A stretch of 52,509 nucleotides of DNA from Thermoplasmatota archaeon (lineage in GTDB: Archaea > Thermoplasmatota > Thermoplasmata > UBA10834), in contig JBFMHR010000006.1 in assembly GCA_040751795.1 (NCBI GenBank), positions 1 through 52,509 of the forward strand, read 5' to 3'. Numbering within the stretch: position 1 is the first letter of the stretch; each line of letters begins with the position of its first letter. The notes below the pieces were generated by a model that was not told the origin of the DNA, did no database searches, and saw only the letters and a program-made list of their open reading frames with translations. Below are positions 36,918 to 47,250 of this stretch, piece after piece. Made by a program: the position numbers and the translations under genes.

Positions 36918-39776
36918 ATGCCGACAAAGTCCAAGACAACGAGGCCGACCGCTTCACCGAAGCCGAAGAAGGCCCCCCGCAAGCGTGACGACTACCCCGA
37001 CGACATCGACGAACGGGAGGTGTCTCGCTCCAGGAAGGCTGCAATGCTCCAGCTCCGGATGGGCAGGCTCGCGCACGTCCTGAGCATAGTGTCCGGCCTG
37101 GCCCTCGCCGCGACCGCGGTCCTCGCGTACCTCCTGGTAAACTGGGACTACCTGGCGACGGCCCCGGAGTACGTGACGGTCCTGAAGTGGGTCGTCCCCC
37201 TCGCCGCCAGCCTGCTGGTGGCGGGGCTCGCGCTCGCCTTCAAGTGGGAGCCGTACTTCGCCGACAGGAGCGACTCCCACTTCATCGTGAGCTTCGCGGC
37301 CGTGGCCGTCCCCGCGCTGCTCATCGTGATGATCGTCCTCGACGAGTGGGGGTACCTCGCGCTGGGCAGGCCGGACTGGCTGTACCCTGCGTCCCTGCTC
37401 GGCATGAGCCTGACCTTCATCTCCCTCGCCATGGCGTGGGAGGGGCACGGCAGAAGGAAGATAATCAGCATCGCAGCCGCCGCCTTCCCGCCGGCCCTGC
37501 TCGTGTTCCCAATCGTATGGCACTTCCCCGAGACCGAGCTCGCGAGCATCCTCCCCATGGCCTACCTGGGCAGCGCGGTCGCGATGCAGCTCAGCGGCTC
37601 CATGCTGCACATCATATCCAGCTCCACGTCCGTGCAGGAGCGCGAGGTCCTCAAGGCGAGCGACGGCAAGCTCAAGGTGCTCCTCGAGGAGGTCGACAAG
37701 CGCAGGGAGGCCCTCGAGTACCGCGAGGACGCGATGCGCTCCAGGGAGTCGGACCTCGAGGCCTACGAGAAGAGGCTCACCGAGGAGATGGCGTCCATCG
37801 ACGAGAGGAAGAAGCAGACCGAGGCGATGGAGGCCGAGGCCGGGATCCGCGTCGACAACGCGAGGAGGGCCAGCGACGAGCTCGCCCGGAAGGAGGCGGA
37901 GATCGAGGGGAAGCTGGAGGCCATGCGGCTCAGCCAGGCCGACCTGGACATCCAGACGAAGGACCTCGAGAAGGGCCTCAGGGCCGTCGCGGCGAGGGAG
38001 CAGAAGGTCGCCGTGAGGGAGGGCGAGGTCGGCAAGCTGGAGCTGGAGACACAGGCCAGGGAGAGGGAGTCGAAGAACAAGATCACCGAGATACAGGGCA
38101 TGGAGGCCGAGCTCGACGTCTGGGACAAGGAGCTCCAGGCGCTCCAGAAGGCGCTCGCGGAGAGGGAGAAGCAGGTCAGCGTGAGGGAGGGCTCCGTGGA
38201 CCTGAAGGGCATCCAGCTCCTGGCCGCCAAGCAGCAGCTGGGCAAGGTCGCGGCCGAGAAGACCTCCGTCAAGACGCTCGAGCAGGAGCTCCTCATGCGG
38301 CAGGAGTCCCTGTCGGAGAGGGAGATAGCCCTCAAGGCCAGGGAGGAGGAGCTCAGGAAGTCGTCCGAGCGCGCCCAGAGGCTCATAGAGCGCTCGGACA
38401 GGCAGATGAACGAGCTCGTGGACAAGGAGGCCCTCATACTGCAGCGCGAGAAGGTCCTCGCGTCCAAGGAGGCGGAGCTCAAGAGCGCGCTCACCGGCCT
38501 CAACGACCAGCTGGCCGAGGCGCAGCGCGCCCGGACCGCGGTCAGCGACCGTGAGAAGCAGTACCTGTCCCTCACCGAGGCCACCAGGACCAAGATGGTC
38601 GACATGACCTCCAAGGAGCAGGAGGTCGAGCGCAAGGCGGCCGCCCTCGCGAGGCGCGAGGAGAGCGCCGCCGAGCTGGAGAAGAGGCTGAAGGCGGAGC
38701 AGGACCAGATGAACTCGAAGCTCAGGATGCTCCTCGAGAAGGAGAAGGACCTCAAGGCCGCGGAGGCCAAGGTCGCCGTGAGGCAGGCGGAGCTGGAGTC
38801 GATGGAGCGGGAGACGCTCGTGACCGTCGACGAGGTGGAGCGGTTCAGGCACGAGCCGGCGCCCGCCGAGGAGGACCAGTCGTACAAGGCCCTCGAGGTG
38901 AGGGAGAGGCACCTGCGCGAGAAGGAGCAGGAGATGAAGTCCAGGCTCTACCAGCGCGAGAAGGAGCTGGAGCAGCGCGAGCACGCCCTGCAGGCCCGCC
39001 TGAGGCAGGACCTGGACGAGATGGAGGCCGAGGTGGAGACCGAGGTCGTCGAGGAGAAGGTCAAGACGGGCATAGAGCGCCTGGACGACCTGCTCCTGGG
39101 CGGGATGCCGTTCTCGTCGAACGTGCTCTTCGTCGGGCCGCCTTTCATAGGCAAGGAGACCGCGATGCTGCTGCTCGTCGCCGAGGGGCTGAAGAAGGGC
39201 GTCCCCGCCATCATCGTGACGACCTCGAGGCCGCCGCACGAGATCGCCATGGACATGGCCCCGATACTCCCGACCTTCATGGAGTTCGAGCAGCTGGGCC
39301 TGGTGTACTGGGTGGACGCGTCAGGGCTCGCGCAGGACTCCGCGCCGAGGAGGAACTCCGTCAAGGTGAGGTCGGCCGACGACTTCCCGGGGATACTCAA
39401 GGCCCTGGACTCGTCCGTCAAGGCCGTCCAGGCGAGCGGCAGGAAGTACTTCAGGCTCGCGTACATGTCCCTCTCGATGAGCATCACCAGCGCCGAGGAG
39501 AAGAAGGCCGTCCAGTTCGTCCAGGAGCTCTCGAGCAAGGTGCGGCAGGCCCGCTCCGTGGCCGCGTACGCGATCGAGAGGGGGATGCACACGGACCAGC
39601 AGCTCGGGTCGATACAGGCGCAGATGACGGGCGCGATACACTTCAAGACGGAGAAGCAGAAGACGCTCATCAGCGTCGAGGGCGTCTGCGACGCCCAGAC
39701 CAGGAACTGGATCGACTACAGGCACACGAACAAGGCGCTGATGATCGGGGCATTTTCGCTCGAGCGGATAAGATAG
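36918..39776 (+). CDS. six-TM + long coiled coil + C-terminal KaiC/RAD55-like domain protein
   Basis: Six hydrophobic helices, ~470 aa E/K/R/L heptad-rich region, KTGIERLDDLLLGGMP, GPPFIGKE, ERGMH. Confidence 0.85.
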   Translation: MPTKSKTTRPTASPKPKKAPRKRDDYPDDIDEREVSRSRKAAMLQLRMGRLAHVLSIVSGLALAATAVLAYLLVNWDYLATAPEYVTVLKWVVPLAASLLVAGLALAFKWEPYFADRSDSHFIVSFAAVAVPALLIVMIVLDEWGYLALGRPDWLYPASLLGMSLTFISLAMAWEGHGRRKIISIAAAAFPPALLVFPIVWHFPETELASILPMAYLGSAVAMQLSGSMLHIISSSTSVQEREVLKASDGKLKVLLEEVDKRREALEYREDAMRSRESDLEAYEKRLTEEMASIDERKKQTEAMEAEAGIRVDNARRASDELARKEAEIEGKLEAMRLSQADLDIQTKDLEKGLRAVAAREQKVAVREGEVGKLELETQARERESKNKITEIQGMEAELDVWDKELQALQKALAEREKQVSVREGSVDLKGIQLLAAKQQLGKVAAEKTSVKTLEQELLMRQESLSEREIALKAREEELRKSSERAQRLIERSDRQMNELVDKEALILQREKVLASKEAELKSALTGLNDQLAEAQRARTAVSDREKQYLSLTEATRTKMVDMTSKEQEVERKAAALARREESAAELEKRLKAEQDQMNSKLRMLLEKEKDLKAAEAKVAVRQAELESMERETLVTVDEVERFRHEPAPAEEDQSYKALEVRERHLREKEQEMKSRLYQREKELEQREHALQARLRQDLDEMEAEVETEVVEEKVKTGIERLDDLLLGGMPFSSNVLFVGPPFIGKETAMLLLVAEGLKKGVPAIIVTTSRPPHEIAMDMAPILPTFMEFEQLGLVYWVDASGLAQDSAPRRNSVKVRSADDFPGILKALDSSVKAVQASGRKYFRLAYMSLSMSITSAEEKKAVQFVQELSSKVRQARSVAAYAIERGMHTDQQLGSIQAQMTGAIHFKTEKQKTLISVEGVCDAQTRNWIDYRHTNKALMIGAFSLERIR

Positions 39777-39819
39777 TCATATACCCGGCCCGCACGTCCC
39801 CGGCGCAGGAGTCCAGGAC

Positions 39820-40782
39820 TTGATACGCCTAGGCAACGGGATAGTGCTCGAGGAGGGGGGGCGCAGGTTCAGGTTCGACCCCAGGAGGACGGTCCAGGGG
39901 GACCTGAACCTGGTGTCGCACGCCCACTCGGACCACATACCGTCCTCGTTCCGCACCTTGGAGGTCGCGTGCTCGGAGGTCACGCGCGACCTCGTCGTGA
40001 TGAGGCGGAGGAAGGAGCTTGCCGTCGTCAGCGACCCGTCGGTCACGGTCCTGGAGGCGGGCCACATCCCCGGCTCCAGCATGTTCCTCGTGTCGGGCGA
40101 GAGGAGCGTGCTGTACACCGGCGACTTCTGCACCAGGAAGAAGGCGCACCTGGGGCCGGCGAGGCCTGTCAAGTGCGACGAGCTCGTGATCGAGGCCACG
40201 TACGGGAGGCCCCGGTACGTCTTCCCCGACCACGAGGAGGTCCTGGGGATCGCCCGTGACTGGCTCGAGGACCTCATCGGCCACGGCAGGTCCGCGGTGC
40301 TGTACGCATACCCGCTGGGGAAGTCCCAGGAGCTCTCGATCGCCTTCCGCGACCTCCCTCTGCGGCTGCACCCCTCCATCGCTGAGAGCAACAGGGTACT
40401 GGGCAGGCACGGCTACGACCTCTGCGTCGACGAGATGGACGAGCGCTCGTCCAGTGGGCCGGTCGTCTACGTCACCTCCGGGACGGGGAAGGACCAGGAG
40501 AGGGTCCTCAGGATGAGGAAGGAGGGGGCGAAGGCCGCGGCGTTCTCCGGATGGGCGCTGGACAGGAGGTTCTCCTACGCAACGACGGTGGACGAGGGCT
40601 TCCCGCTCTCGGACCACTGCGGCTACGACGAGCTGATGTGGTTCGTCGAGAAGTGCTCTCCGCAGGCCGTCTACACGACGCACGGGTTCGACAGGGCGTT
40701 CGCCGCCTCGGTGAGGAAGGAGCTGGGCATCGAGGCGAGGCCGCTCGTGGCGAAGCAGAGGACGGTCGACCAGTTCTGCTGA
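39820..40782 (+). CDS. metallo-beta-lactamase/beta-CASP nuclease
   Basis: SHAHSDH, AGHIPGS, YTGDF, IEATYG, YPLGKSQ, LSDH, THG. Confidence 0.88.
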   Translation: MIRLGNGIVLEEGGRRFRFDPRRTVQGDLNLVSHAHSDHIPSSFRTLEVACSEVTRDLVVMRRRKELAVVSDPSVTVLEAGHIPGSSMFLVSGERSVLYTGDFCTRKKAHLGPARPVKCDELVIEATYGRPRYVFPDHEEVLGIARDWLEDLIGHGRSAVLYAYPLGKSQELSIAFRDLPLRLHPSIAESNRVLGRHGYDLCVDEMDERSSSGPVVYVTSGTGKDQERVLRMRKEGAKAAAFSGWALDRRFSYATTVDEGFPLSDHCGYDELMWFVEKCSPQAVYTTHGFDRAFAASVRKELGIEARPLVAKQRTVDQFC

Positions 40783-40783
40783 C

Positions 40784-41752
40784 TCACTCCTCCGAGGTGG
40801 TCCATCCCTTCTCGTACGTGCCGGGGGGCATGAACACCCTGGAGACGTCTATCGCGAAGCCCTCGGCCCTCCTCATGACCTCCTCGGCGTCCATGAGCGC
40901 GTGGCCGAGCGCCACGCCCTCCCCGCTGAGGGTCATGACCGCGACGAGGCCGCCCTTGCGTATGTCCTGGTCGAGCGTGACTATCCCGGGCATCGCGACG
41001 TTCGCCCCGTGGCAGACCGCGTCGACCGCGGAGTCCTTTATCTCGACCTTCGGGACCTGGGCGAGCAGGACCTCCATGGGCCTGAGCATCCTCGCGAGCG
41101 CCGAGCCGTCGCCCTGCCTGTGCGCCTCCATCGCGTCCCTGAGGTCGTGGAGCTGGACCGCGTCCTTCTCCGTGAGCGCGCCGGCCCTGGTCCTCCTGAG
41201 GTCCTGCAGGTGCGCCCCGGCCGCGAGGGCGTCGCCCATGTCGACGGCCAGGCTCCTGATGTAGGTGCCGGCGTCGCACTCGACGTCGAAGAGGACGTCC
41301 CTCCCGGACACCTCCAGCACCGTGAGCCGGTGGACCCTCCTGGTCCTCTGCTCCCTCTTGACCGCCGAGCGCATCGGCGGCGTCTGGAAGATCTCGTCCG
41401 TGAACTCGGCGACGGCCGCGTCGAGCCTCCTCCGGTCGACGTTGCCGTGCATCCTCATCACCCCGACGTAGGCCTTGGTGCCGTAGTGGAGCACGTCCAT
41501 GGCGCGGACCGAAGTGCCGACGCCGACCGGGAGGACGCCCGTGACCCTGGGGTCCAGCGTGCCCCCGTGGGCGGCCTTCTCCGCACCCATGACGTCCTTG
41601 GCCCAGGTGGTGACCTGGTGAGATGTGGGGCCCGAGGGCTTGTCTATGACGACGACGCCGTCGCGGAGGAGGTCCTCGACTGTGCGCTGGCCGGGCTCCT
41701 TCCCCGCGCCGGACCTGAAGGCCTTCTTAGCCTTGACGAGAGTCTTCCCCAT
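40784..41752 (-). CDS. cbf5: RNA-guided pseudouridine synthase Cbf5
   Basis: DKPSGPTSH, HGGTLDPRVTGVL, QTPP, GTYIRSL, C-terminal PUA domain. Confidence 0.95.
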   Translation of the reverse strand: MGKTLVKAKKAFRSGAGKEPGQRTVEDLLRDGVVVIDKPSGPTSHQVTTWAKDVMGAEKAAHGGTLDPRVTGVLPVGVGTSVRAMDVLHYGTKAYVGVMRMHGNVDRRRLDAAVAEFTDEIFQTPPMRSAVKREQRTRRVHRLTVLEVSGRDVLFDVECDAGTYIRSLAVDMGDALAAGAHLQDLRRTRAGALTEKDAVQLHDLRDAMEAHRQGDGSALARMLRPMEVLLAQVPKVEIKDSAVDAVCHGANVAMPGIVTLDQDIRKGGLVAVMTLSGEGVALGHALMDAEEVMRRAEGFAIDVSRVFMPPGTYEKGWTTSEE

Positions 41753-42281
41753 GCTTCCTCCGGGCCTCCTTGACTATGACGTCCGCGAGCTCCTCCGGGG
41801 ACATCGCCCCTGACTCGAGCCACAGGTCGTACGAAACGCAGCTGGACGGGTCGATGCCGTAGTACGCCTTGTACCTCTTCCTCTCCGATCGCTCCCTCGA
41901 GCGCATCTCCGAGAGGACCTCGGCGTACTCCTTCCCCTCGCGCTGGGAGATCCTCGTAGCCCTGACCTCCTCGGACGCGTCGATGTAGACGGTGAGGGCG
42001 GGTATGCCCCTCATCCTGATGAGCGCGGCGGTGAGCCTCCCCTCCAGGACAACGTCCGCCTTCGACTCCGCGATGTCGAGGGTCCTCCGGTCGAGCTCCT
42101 TGTCTATGGTCTCGTCCTCCTCAGCGAGGGAGCCGAAGACGTCCAGCCCGACGCCCCTCTCCTCCGCCATCCTCCTGAAGACCTGGCCGACGAGGATGAG
42201 CTCGTACCCGAGGGCCTTCGCCACCAGGGCGGAGACGGTGGTCTTCCCGCTTCCTGGGGGGCCGGAGACAGCGATCCTCAT
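41727..42281 (-). CDS. cmk: cytidylate kinase (archaeal type)
   Basis: ISG-like VSGPPGSGKTT, VLEGRL, RYKAYYGID; conserved position before cbf5. Confidence 0.92.
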   Translation of the reverse strand: MRIAVSGPPGSGKTTVSALVAKALGYELILVGQVFRRMAEERGVGLDVFGSLAEEDETIDKELDRRTLDIAESKADVVLEGRLTAALIRMRGIPALTVYIDASEEVRATRISQREGKEYAEVLSEMRSRERSERKRYKAYYGIDPSSCVSYDLWLESGAMSPEELADVIVKEARRKHGEDSRQG

Positions 42282-42294
42282 GGGGACACTCCCG

Positions 42295-42999
42295 TCAAGG
42301 AGCCTTCTCCTCGGCCTTAACCCCTTCGCCATGGTCGAGCCGCCTGAGCCTCCTCGTGAAGGTGAAGAGCTTCAGGCACCTCTGCAGGACCTGCCCGAAG
42401 GGCAGGGTCATGAGCGAGTAGAGCAGGACCCAGTTGGGGAGGAGGTTCGAGTTCTCCATGTTCGCGTCGAACTCCCACGGGACCGAGAAGACGGTCGAGC
42501 CGAGGCCCATGTAGACGAAGTTCGCGAGCCACGCGAAGATCGGGATGATGACGATCATGGTCACGGGCATCAGCTTGAACTGGGACTGCGAGGTCTTCAG
42601 CGACTGCGCCATCATCTCCGGCTGCATCTCCATGAGCTTCTTGAGCTTGAAGGTGTTGTTGCTGGTCCTGGCCTCCCTGAGCTCCTTGTTGAAGGCCGCG
42701 GATATCCGCTGGCTCCTCGCCTGGGCGACCCAGTCGATGAGGAAGTGCCTCACGGTGACGCTGAAGAAGGTCATGATCAGGCCGGTGAGAAGGAGGGTGA
42801 CGATGGGTATCTCGCCGCCGAAGCCCACGAGGGGCTCGAGGCCGTAGCCCACGTACCTCCCGAGCGCCTCCCTGATGTTGGGGTCGAAGAGCACGAATAT
42901 GGCGACCATGAAGGCCAGCAGGAGCATGAGCTGGCCGCCCATGTCGGGCTTGTAGGGCGGCTTCCCGCCCGCGCCCCCGGAGCCGGCAGCGCCAGCCAT
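42295..42999 (-). CDS. DUF106/EMC3/TMCO1 family membrane insertase (Oxa1 superfamily)
   Basis: TM-coiled coil-TM layout, QFKLMPVTMIVIIPIFAW, WVLLY; follows secY. Confidence 0.88.
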   Translation of the reverse strand: MAGAAGSGGAGGKPPYKPDMGGQLMLLLAFMVAIFVLFDPNIREALGRYVGYGLEPLVGFGGEIPIVTLLLTGLIMTFFSVTVRHFLIDWVAQARSQRISAAFNKELREARTSNNTFKLKKLMEMQPEMMAQSLKTSQSQFKLMPVTMIVIIPIFAWLANFVYMGLGSTVFSVPWEFDANMENSNLLPNWVLLYSLMTLPFGQVLQRCLKLFTFTRRLRRLDHGEGVKAEEKAP

Positions 43000-43002
43000 G
43001 GC

Positions 43003-44577
43003 CTACTCCCCGCCGAAGAAGCCCCTCAGCACGGGGTGCATCTCCATCATCTGCTCCCTCCCTATGGCGTCGTACAGGTTGATCATGATGCCCACGGCCA
43101 GCAGCACGCCCGTCCCGGACGCGTTGCCCACCGTCCCTATCAGGTCCGCGCCCGCCGCGAGGGCGCCCACCGTGGCGCCGGATATCACCGTGACGACGGG
43201 GATGTACCTCTCCAGCACCCTCTTGAGCACCCGCGGGTCCCTCCTGAAGCCGGGGATCTGCATCCCGCTCGACTCTATCTGGGACGCGACGGCCTCCGGG
43301 CCCATGTTCGTGGTCTCTATCCAGAACTTCGCGAACAGTATGGAGCCGAGGATCATGACCGTGACGTAGACGATGACGTGTATGCCTATCTGCAGCCTGG
43401 TCTTGTCGAGCCCCAGGGCACCGAGGTACTGGTCGCTGAGGAGCGGCAGCAGCCAGTCGCTGAAGCCGTTCACCGTCGACAGGTAGTACGCCAGGCCGCC
43501 TGAGGGCGTCGTCGCCCCCGGCTCGTAGTAGCCGAGCATCCAGTTCTCGCCGAGGAGCGGGACGTTCATGAAGCTCGGGTGGCTCCAGAAGAGCATCGAG
43601 AACATGCTCACGTTCGCCAGCAGCGCGGCCATCAGGATGACCGGGATGTTGGACGCGTAGATGAGCTTGATCGGGTACCTTCCCCTCGCGCCCCTCGCCC
43701 CGCCGTGCGCCAGCGGCAGCTCGATCCTGCTCGACTCCGTGTACGCGACGAACAGGAAGATCACTATCGTGCCGATGAGCGCGACCATGGGGTTGGGCTG
43801 CGCCAGGAATATCTGCTCGTAGCCCGTGCTGGACAGCTCCCCAGCAGACAGGTGGTGGAATATGTAGATCGTCTTGGGTATCGTGCCCGCGGGCGGGTTG
43901 TCGGTGCTCATCGCCGCCGTCGGGTCCGCGGCGTGCCAGTTGAGCGTCCCCGTGAATATCTGCTGGGCGACGCCCGCCGCGATGAAGAGCGATATGCCGC
44001 TCCCGATGCCCCACTTGGACACGACCTCGTCCATCAGGAACACGAGGTAGGAGCCCACGAACAGCTGCGCTATGATGAGCGTGCGGGCTATGTTCTCGCC
44101 GTTGTTCCCGAAGAGGGAGTCCATCCCGTCGGAGAACTTGGCGGACGGCTCCATGAAGCCGTACACCTGGGGCACCGACTCCACGAGTATCATGATGAGG
44201 ACCAGGAGCTTCTGGGTGCCCTGGTAGATCGCCTTGTCCTCCTCGTTCTTGAGGTTGAGCTTGATGATCTTCGCGCCGGTGAAGAGCTGCATGATGATGG
44301 AGCCCGTGACGATGGGCCCGATGCCGAGGTGCATCAGCGAGAACTGCGCGCCGGCCAGGATCGCCCTGTACTGGGCGAACAGGTCCACCCTCTGTTCCAC
44401 GTCGAGGCCGTAGATCACGACGTTGGTCATCGCGAAGTACAGCACGAGAATGAGGATGACCCACATCATCTTCGTCCGGAAGTGGACGTGTCCCTCAGGC
44501 CTCGTGACGGCCGGGAGCCGGTCCGTCACTGGCTTGAGCTTGTAGAGCATGCTCTTCTCTTCTTTCGCCTCAGCCAT
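43003..44577 (-). CDS. secY: preprotein translocase subunit SecY
   Basis: LGIGPIVT, KWGIGSGISLFI, YASNIP, IPGFRR, GTGVLL. Confidence 0.97.
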   Translation of the reverse strand: MAEAKEEKSMLYKLKPVTDRLPAVTRPEGHVHFRTKMMWVILILVLYFAMTNVVIYGLDVEQRVDLFAQYRAILAGAQFSLMHLGIGPIVTGSIIMQLFTGAKIIKLNLKNEEDKAIYQGTQKLLVLIMILVESVPQVYGFMEPSAKFSDGMDSLFGNNGENIARTLIIAQLFVGSYLVFLMDEVVSKWGIGSGISLFIAAGVAQQIFTGTLNWHAADPTAAMSTDNPPAGTIPKTIYIFHHLSAGELSSTGYEQIFLAQPNPMVALIGTIVIFLFVAYTESSRIELPLAHGGARGARGRYPIKLIYASNIPVILMAALLANVSMFSMLFWSHPSFMNVPLLGENWMLGYYEPGATTPSGGLAYYLSTVNGFSDWLLPLLSDQYLGALGLDKTRLQIGIHVIVYVTVMILGSILFAKFWIETTNMGPEAVASQIESSGMQIPGFRRDPRVLKRVLERYIPVVTVISGATVGALAAGADLIGTVGNASGTGVLLAVGIMINLYDAIGREQMMEMHPVLRGFFGGE

Positions 44578-44652
44578 CAGCACCCTTCCTTACAGGTCCG
44601 CTCTCGTTCGCCGCAGGGGCCCGCGCCGCAGCAGCGGCTGCGCCCCCGAGTC

Positions 44653-45081
44653 TCATTCGCCCTTTATCAGTTCCCCGCCGGCGGCCTTCAGCTTCTCCGC
44701 GGCCTTCGCCGACGCCTCCGCGACCCTCACCGACACCGGCGTCCCGATCCTGCCCGACCCGAGCAGCTTGTCGACGCCCATCCTGGTGAGGTCCACGGAC
44801 CACTTGCCGCCCTTCTCCGTCGCGAAGCCGTCCCTGGCCAGCGCCGGGAGCGACTCCTCGACCTCCGAGAGGTTCATCGTGACCTTGCTGACGACTACGG
44901 ATTGAGGTCTCTTGAACCCGTGGTGGCCGAAATGGTCCGGCATGTACTTAACCGTGCTTATCCACTTGTGCTTGTGGAGGCCCGCGTTCCCGCGCCCTCC
45001 GCGGAGGCCAGCGCCCCTCCCGGCCTTCTTGCCGCGGCCGTGGGTCCTGCTGCCCCTGAACTTGCTAGTCCTGCTGACCAT
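44653..45081 (-). CDS. rpl15: 50S ribosomal protein uL15
   Basis: RGSRTHGRG, GGRGNAG, KLLGSG. Confidence 0.95.
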   Translation of the reverse strand: MVSRTSKFRGSRTHGRGKKAGRGAGLRGGRGNAGLHKHKWISTVKYMPDHFGHHGFKRPQSVVVSKVTMNLSEVEESLPALARDGFATEKGGKWSVDLTRMGVDKLLGSGRIGTPVSVRVAEASAKAAEKLKAAGGELIKGE

Positions 45082-45570
45082 CTACTTCGCCCCCTTGGGC
45101 TTGGGGAGCATGCGGTCGACCAGCTTGTCGATCTCGGCCCCCCTGTACCCGAGCGCCCCTCCGTCCACGAAGGAGATCTTGGCGCCCCTGTAGCCGCCCC
45201 TCGGCGGGGACAGCCTCATGACCGGCTTCAGCCCCTTGACGTCGGAGAGCCTCGCCTCGCCCTTCTCGACCGCCTTCGCGAGCGAGAGTATGGAGGCGTG
45301 CTTGGAGTTCTCCTTCACGTACGAGTCGGTGAGCCTGGCGCCCCCCGCGACCTCGCCCCTGTGGAACAGGAGCCTCGCGACCGTCTCGTGCCCGACCTCG
45401 CCCCAGGTGACGTAGTCCTTGACCACCTGGAGCATGCCCTTGGTCGTCTCGTCCTGCGGGAGCAGGACGCAGTGGTTGGGCCTGTTGAGCCTGAGCATCT
45501 CCATCGTCTCCACGGCGTCGCGCCTGACCCTGGCGTGGCCGCGGACCCTGACGACCGCCACGGCCGCCAC
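45082..45570 (-). CDS. rpl30: 50S ribosomal protein uL30
   Basis: AVVRVRG, KDYVTWGE, RLSPPRGG; GTG start. Confidence 0.95.
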   Translation of the reverse strand: MAAVAVVRVRGHARVRRDAVETMEMLRLNRPNHCVLLPQDETTKGMLQVVKDYVTWGEVGHETVARLLFHRGEVAGGARLTDSYVKENSKHASILSLAKAVEKGEARLSDVKGLKPVMRLSPPRGGYRGAKISFVDGGALGYRGAEIDKLVDRMLPKPKGAK

Positions 45571-46290
45571 CTAGCTCCCCTCCTTCTGCTCCGTGGGGGG
45601 CGCGTCCTCGGCGCTCTCCTCGACCACGTACGGCGACGGGGCCGCCTGTATCCTGGTCGGGCCCGACACGATGTTGAGCCTCTCCTTCTGCTCGCCCGTG
45701 ACCCTCACCTGCGAGGTGGTCCTGAGGGCCTCGAACGCCGCTATTGAGTAGTTGATGGTGGTCTTGGTGTGCCCCTTGGTGAAGCCCCACGCGTCCTCGA
45801 CGCCCGCCATCTTGATGACGCTCTTGGCGATCTTGCCCACCGCGAGGCCTGTGCCCCTCGGCGCCGGCTTGACCGTCACGACGACGGAGCCGGCGCGGCC
45901 CACGACGTCGAACGGGAGCGAGTGGGGCGTGCCGCAGCCGCACTCCCACGAGCCGCAGCCCCTCTTGACCTCGATCATGTTCAGCTTGGCGACGTCGATC
46001 GCGGCGCGTATCGCCGGGCCGACCTCCTTGCCCTTGAACCTGCCGAGGCCCACGAACCCGTCCTGGTTGCCCACCACGACGGTGATCGCGAACCTGACCC
46101 TCCTTCCCGAGTCGGTCATCCTCTGGACCATGTTGACGTCCAGCACCTCGTCCGCCAGCTCGGGGAGGAGTATGTCCACGATCTCCGGCTCCCTGAGCGG
46201 GAGCCTGGTCCTGAGCGCGTCGCTCATCGTGGTAACCTCCCCGGCCGCCACGAGCCTCCCCAGCCTAGTCCTGGGGGTCCAGTCGGCCAT
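45571..46290 (-). CDS. rps5: 30S ribosomal protein uS5
   Basis: [27 protein letters not shown]. Confidence 0.96.
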   Translation of the reverse strand: MADWTPRTRLGRLVAAGEVTTMSDALRTRLPLREPEIVDILLPELADEVLDVNMVQRMTDSGRRVRFAITVVVGNQDGFVGLGRFKGKEVGPAIRAAIDVAKLNMIEVKRGCGSWECGCGTPHSLPFDVVGRAGSVVVTVKPAPRGTGLAVGKIAKSVIKMAGVEDAWGFTKGHTKTTINYSIAAFEALRTTSQVRVTGEQKERLNIVSGPTRIQAAPSPYVVEESAEDAPPTEQKEGS

Positions 46291-46793
46291 CACTCACCAC
46301 CTCCGATCTTCCTCTTGACTTCCTCGAACGCCGCGGCCGCCCCCTCGCGCAGGTGCTTCCCCGCGACGCGGTCGTCCGCCGGCAGCATCCCGTCGCCGTG
46401 CGGTATCTCCACGCCGGCGTCGATCAGCCCCTTGAGGGCGGCGAACATCAGGCTGCCCTTGGTGGGCTCCCTGAGGCCTATGTCCAGCACGGCCTCCTCT
46501 ACGCCCTTCTCCTTCGCCCTCGTCCCCGCCAGCAGCCCGGTCAGGTACGCCCCCGGCGAGTTCTTCCCCGGGAGGGTCCAGCCGAGCTTGGCGAGCTCCT
46601 TCGACACGGCCGACGCGACCACGAAGTCGGCGCCGTCCCTGTACTCGATGAACTGGACGCTCATGCCCCTGTTGGACTTCCTGACCACCGCCCTCGGTAC
46701 GCCGCTCCTCAGCAGCGCCGCCCTGTGCCTGTAGTCGGTGCGCCCCTCGCGCCTCCTCCTGAACGCTACCCTGTGCCTCGGTCCCTTGGCCAT
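46290..46793 (-). CDS. rpl18: 50S ribosomal protein uL18
   Basis: [20 protein letters not shown]; start 46793 or 46799. Confidence 0.95.
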   Translation of the reverse strand: MAKGPRHRVAFRRRREGRTDYRHRAALLRSGVPRAVVRKSNRGMSVQFIEYRDGADFVVASAVSKELAKLGWTLPGKNSPGAYLTGLLAGTRAKEKGVEEAVLDIGLREPTKGSLMFAALKGLIDAGVEIPHGDGMLPADDRVAGKHLREGAAAAFEEVKRKIGGGE

Positions 46794-46798
46794 CGTCA

Positions 46799-47248
46799 TC
46801 ACTCCTTGATCACGCCTTCGGACCTGAGGTGCGAGTCGAGGTGCGACCTGCTCTTGAACACGCCGCCCTTCGCCTGCATGTAGTACTTCCTGTAGGTCCC
46901 GGTGTCGATCCTCCCGTCGTCCCTGAGCTCCCTCAGGCGCTTCCTGATGGGCCTTATGGCCTGCATCCAGATCTCCTTGGAGGGCTTCCTCGCGTGCTTC
47001 TTGCCCCTCCTCGAGCCCTGGCCGCTCCTCCGCCCCTTGGCCTTCTGGGCCTTGCGGTAGTTGGCCCTGCCCCTGGAGACGCCCTTCTTCTGGGTCGCGG
47101 CGATCGTCCCGGACGCGATCAGCGTCCTGACGTCCGCGCGCGTGATCGCGTCGGCCACGTCCTCGGCCCTGTTCGGGTCTATCCAGACCCTCGTCTGGCC
47201 GCACTTGAGCAGCTCCGCGGCGACGCGCTTCTGGTACTTGAGGTCCAT
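46799..47248 (-). CDS. rpl19e: 50S ribosomal protein eL19
   Basis: QKRVAAELLKCG, RVWIDP, AKGGVF; start 47248 or 47254. Confidence 0.95.
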   Translation of the reverse strand: MDLKYQKRVAAELLKCGQTRVWIDPNRAEDVADAITRADVRTLIASGTIAATQKKGVSRGRANYRKAQKAKGRRSGQGSRRGKKHARKPSKEIWMQAIRPIRKRLRELRDDGRIDTGTYRKYYMQAKGGVFKSRSHLDSHLRSEGVIKE

Positions 47249-47250
47249 TG

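Noticed and set aside
44605-44650. GC-rich hairpin between rpl15 and secY sharing a 13-mer (GCGCAGCCGCTGC) with the 36757 region
   Set aside because: Short GC-only match, plausible by chance; only two copies seen
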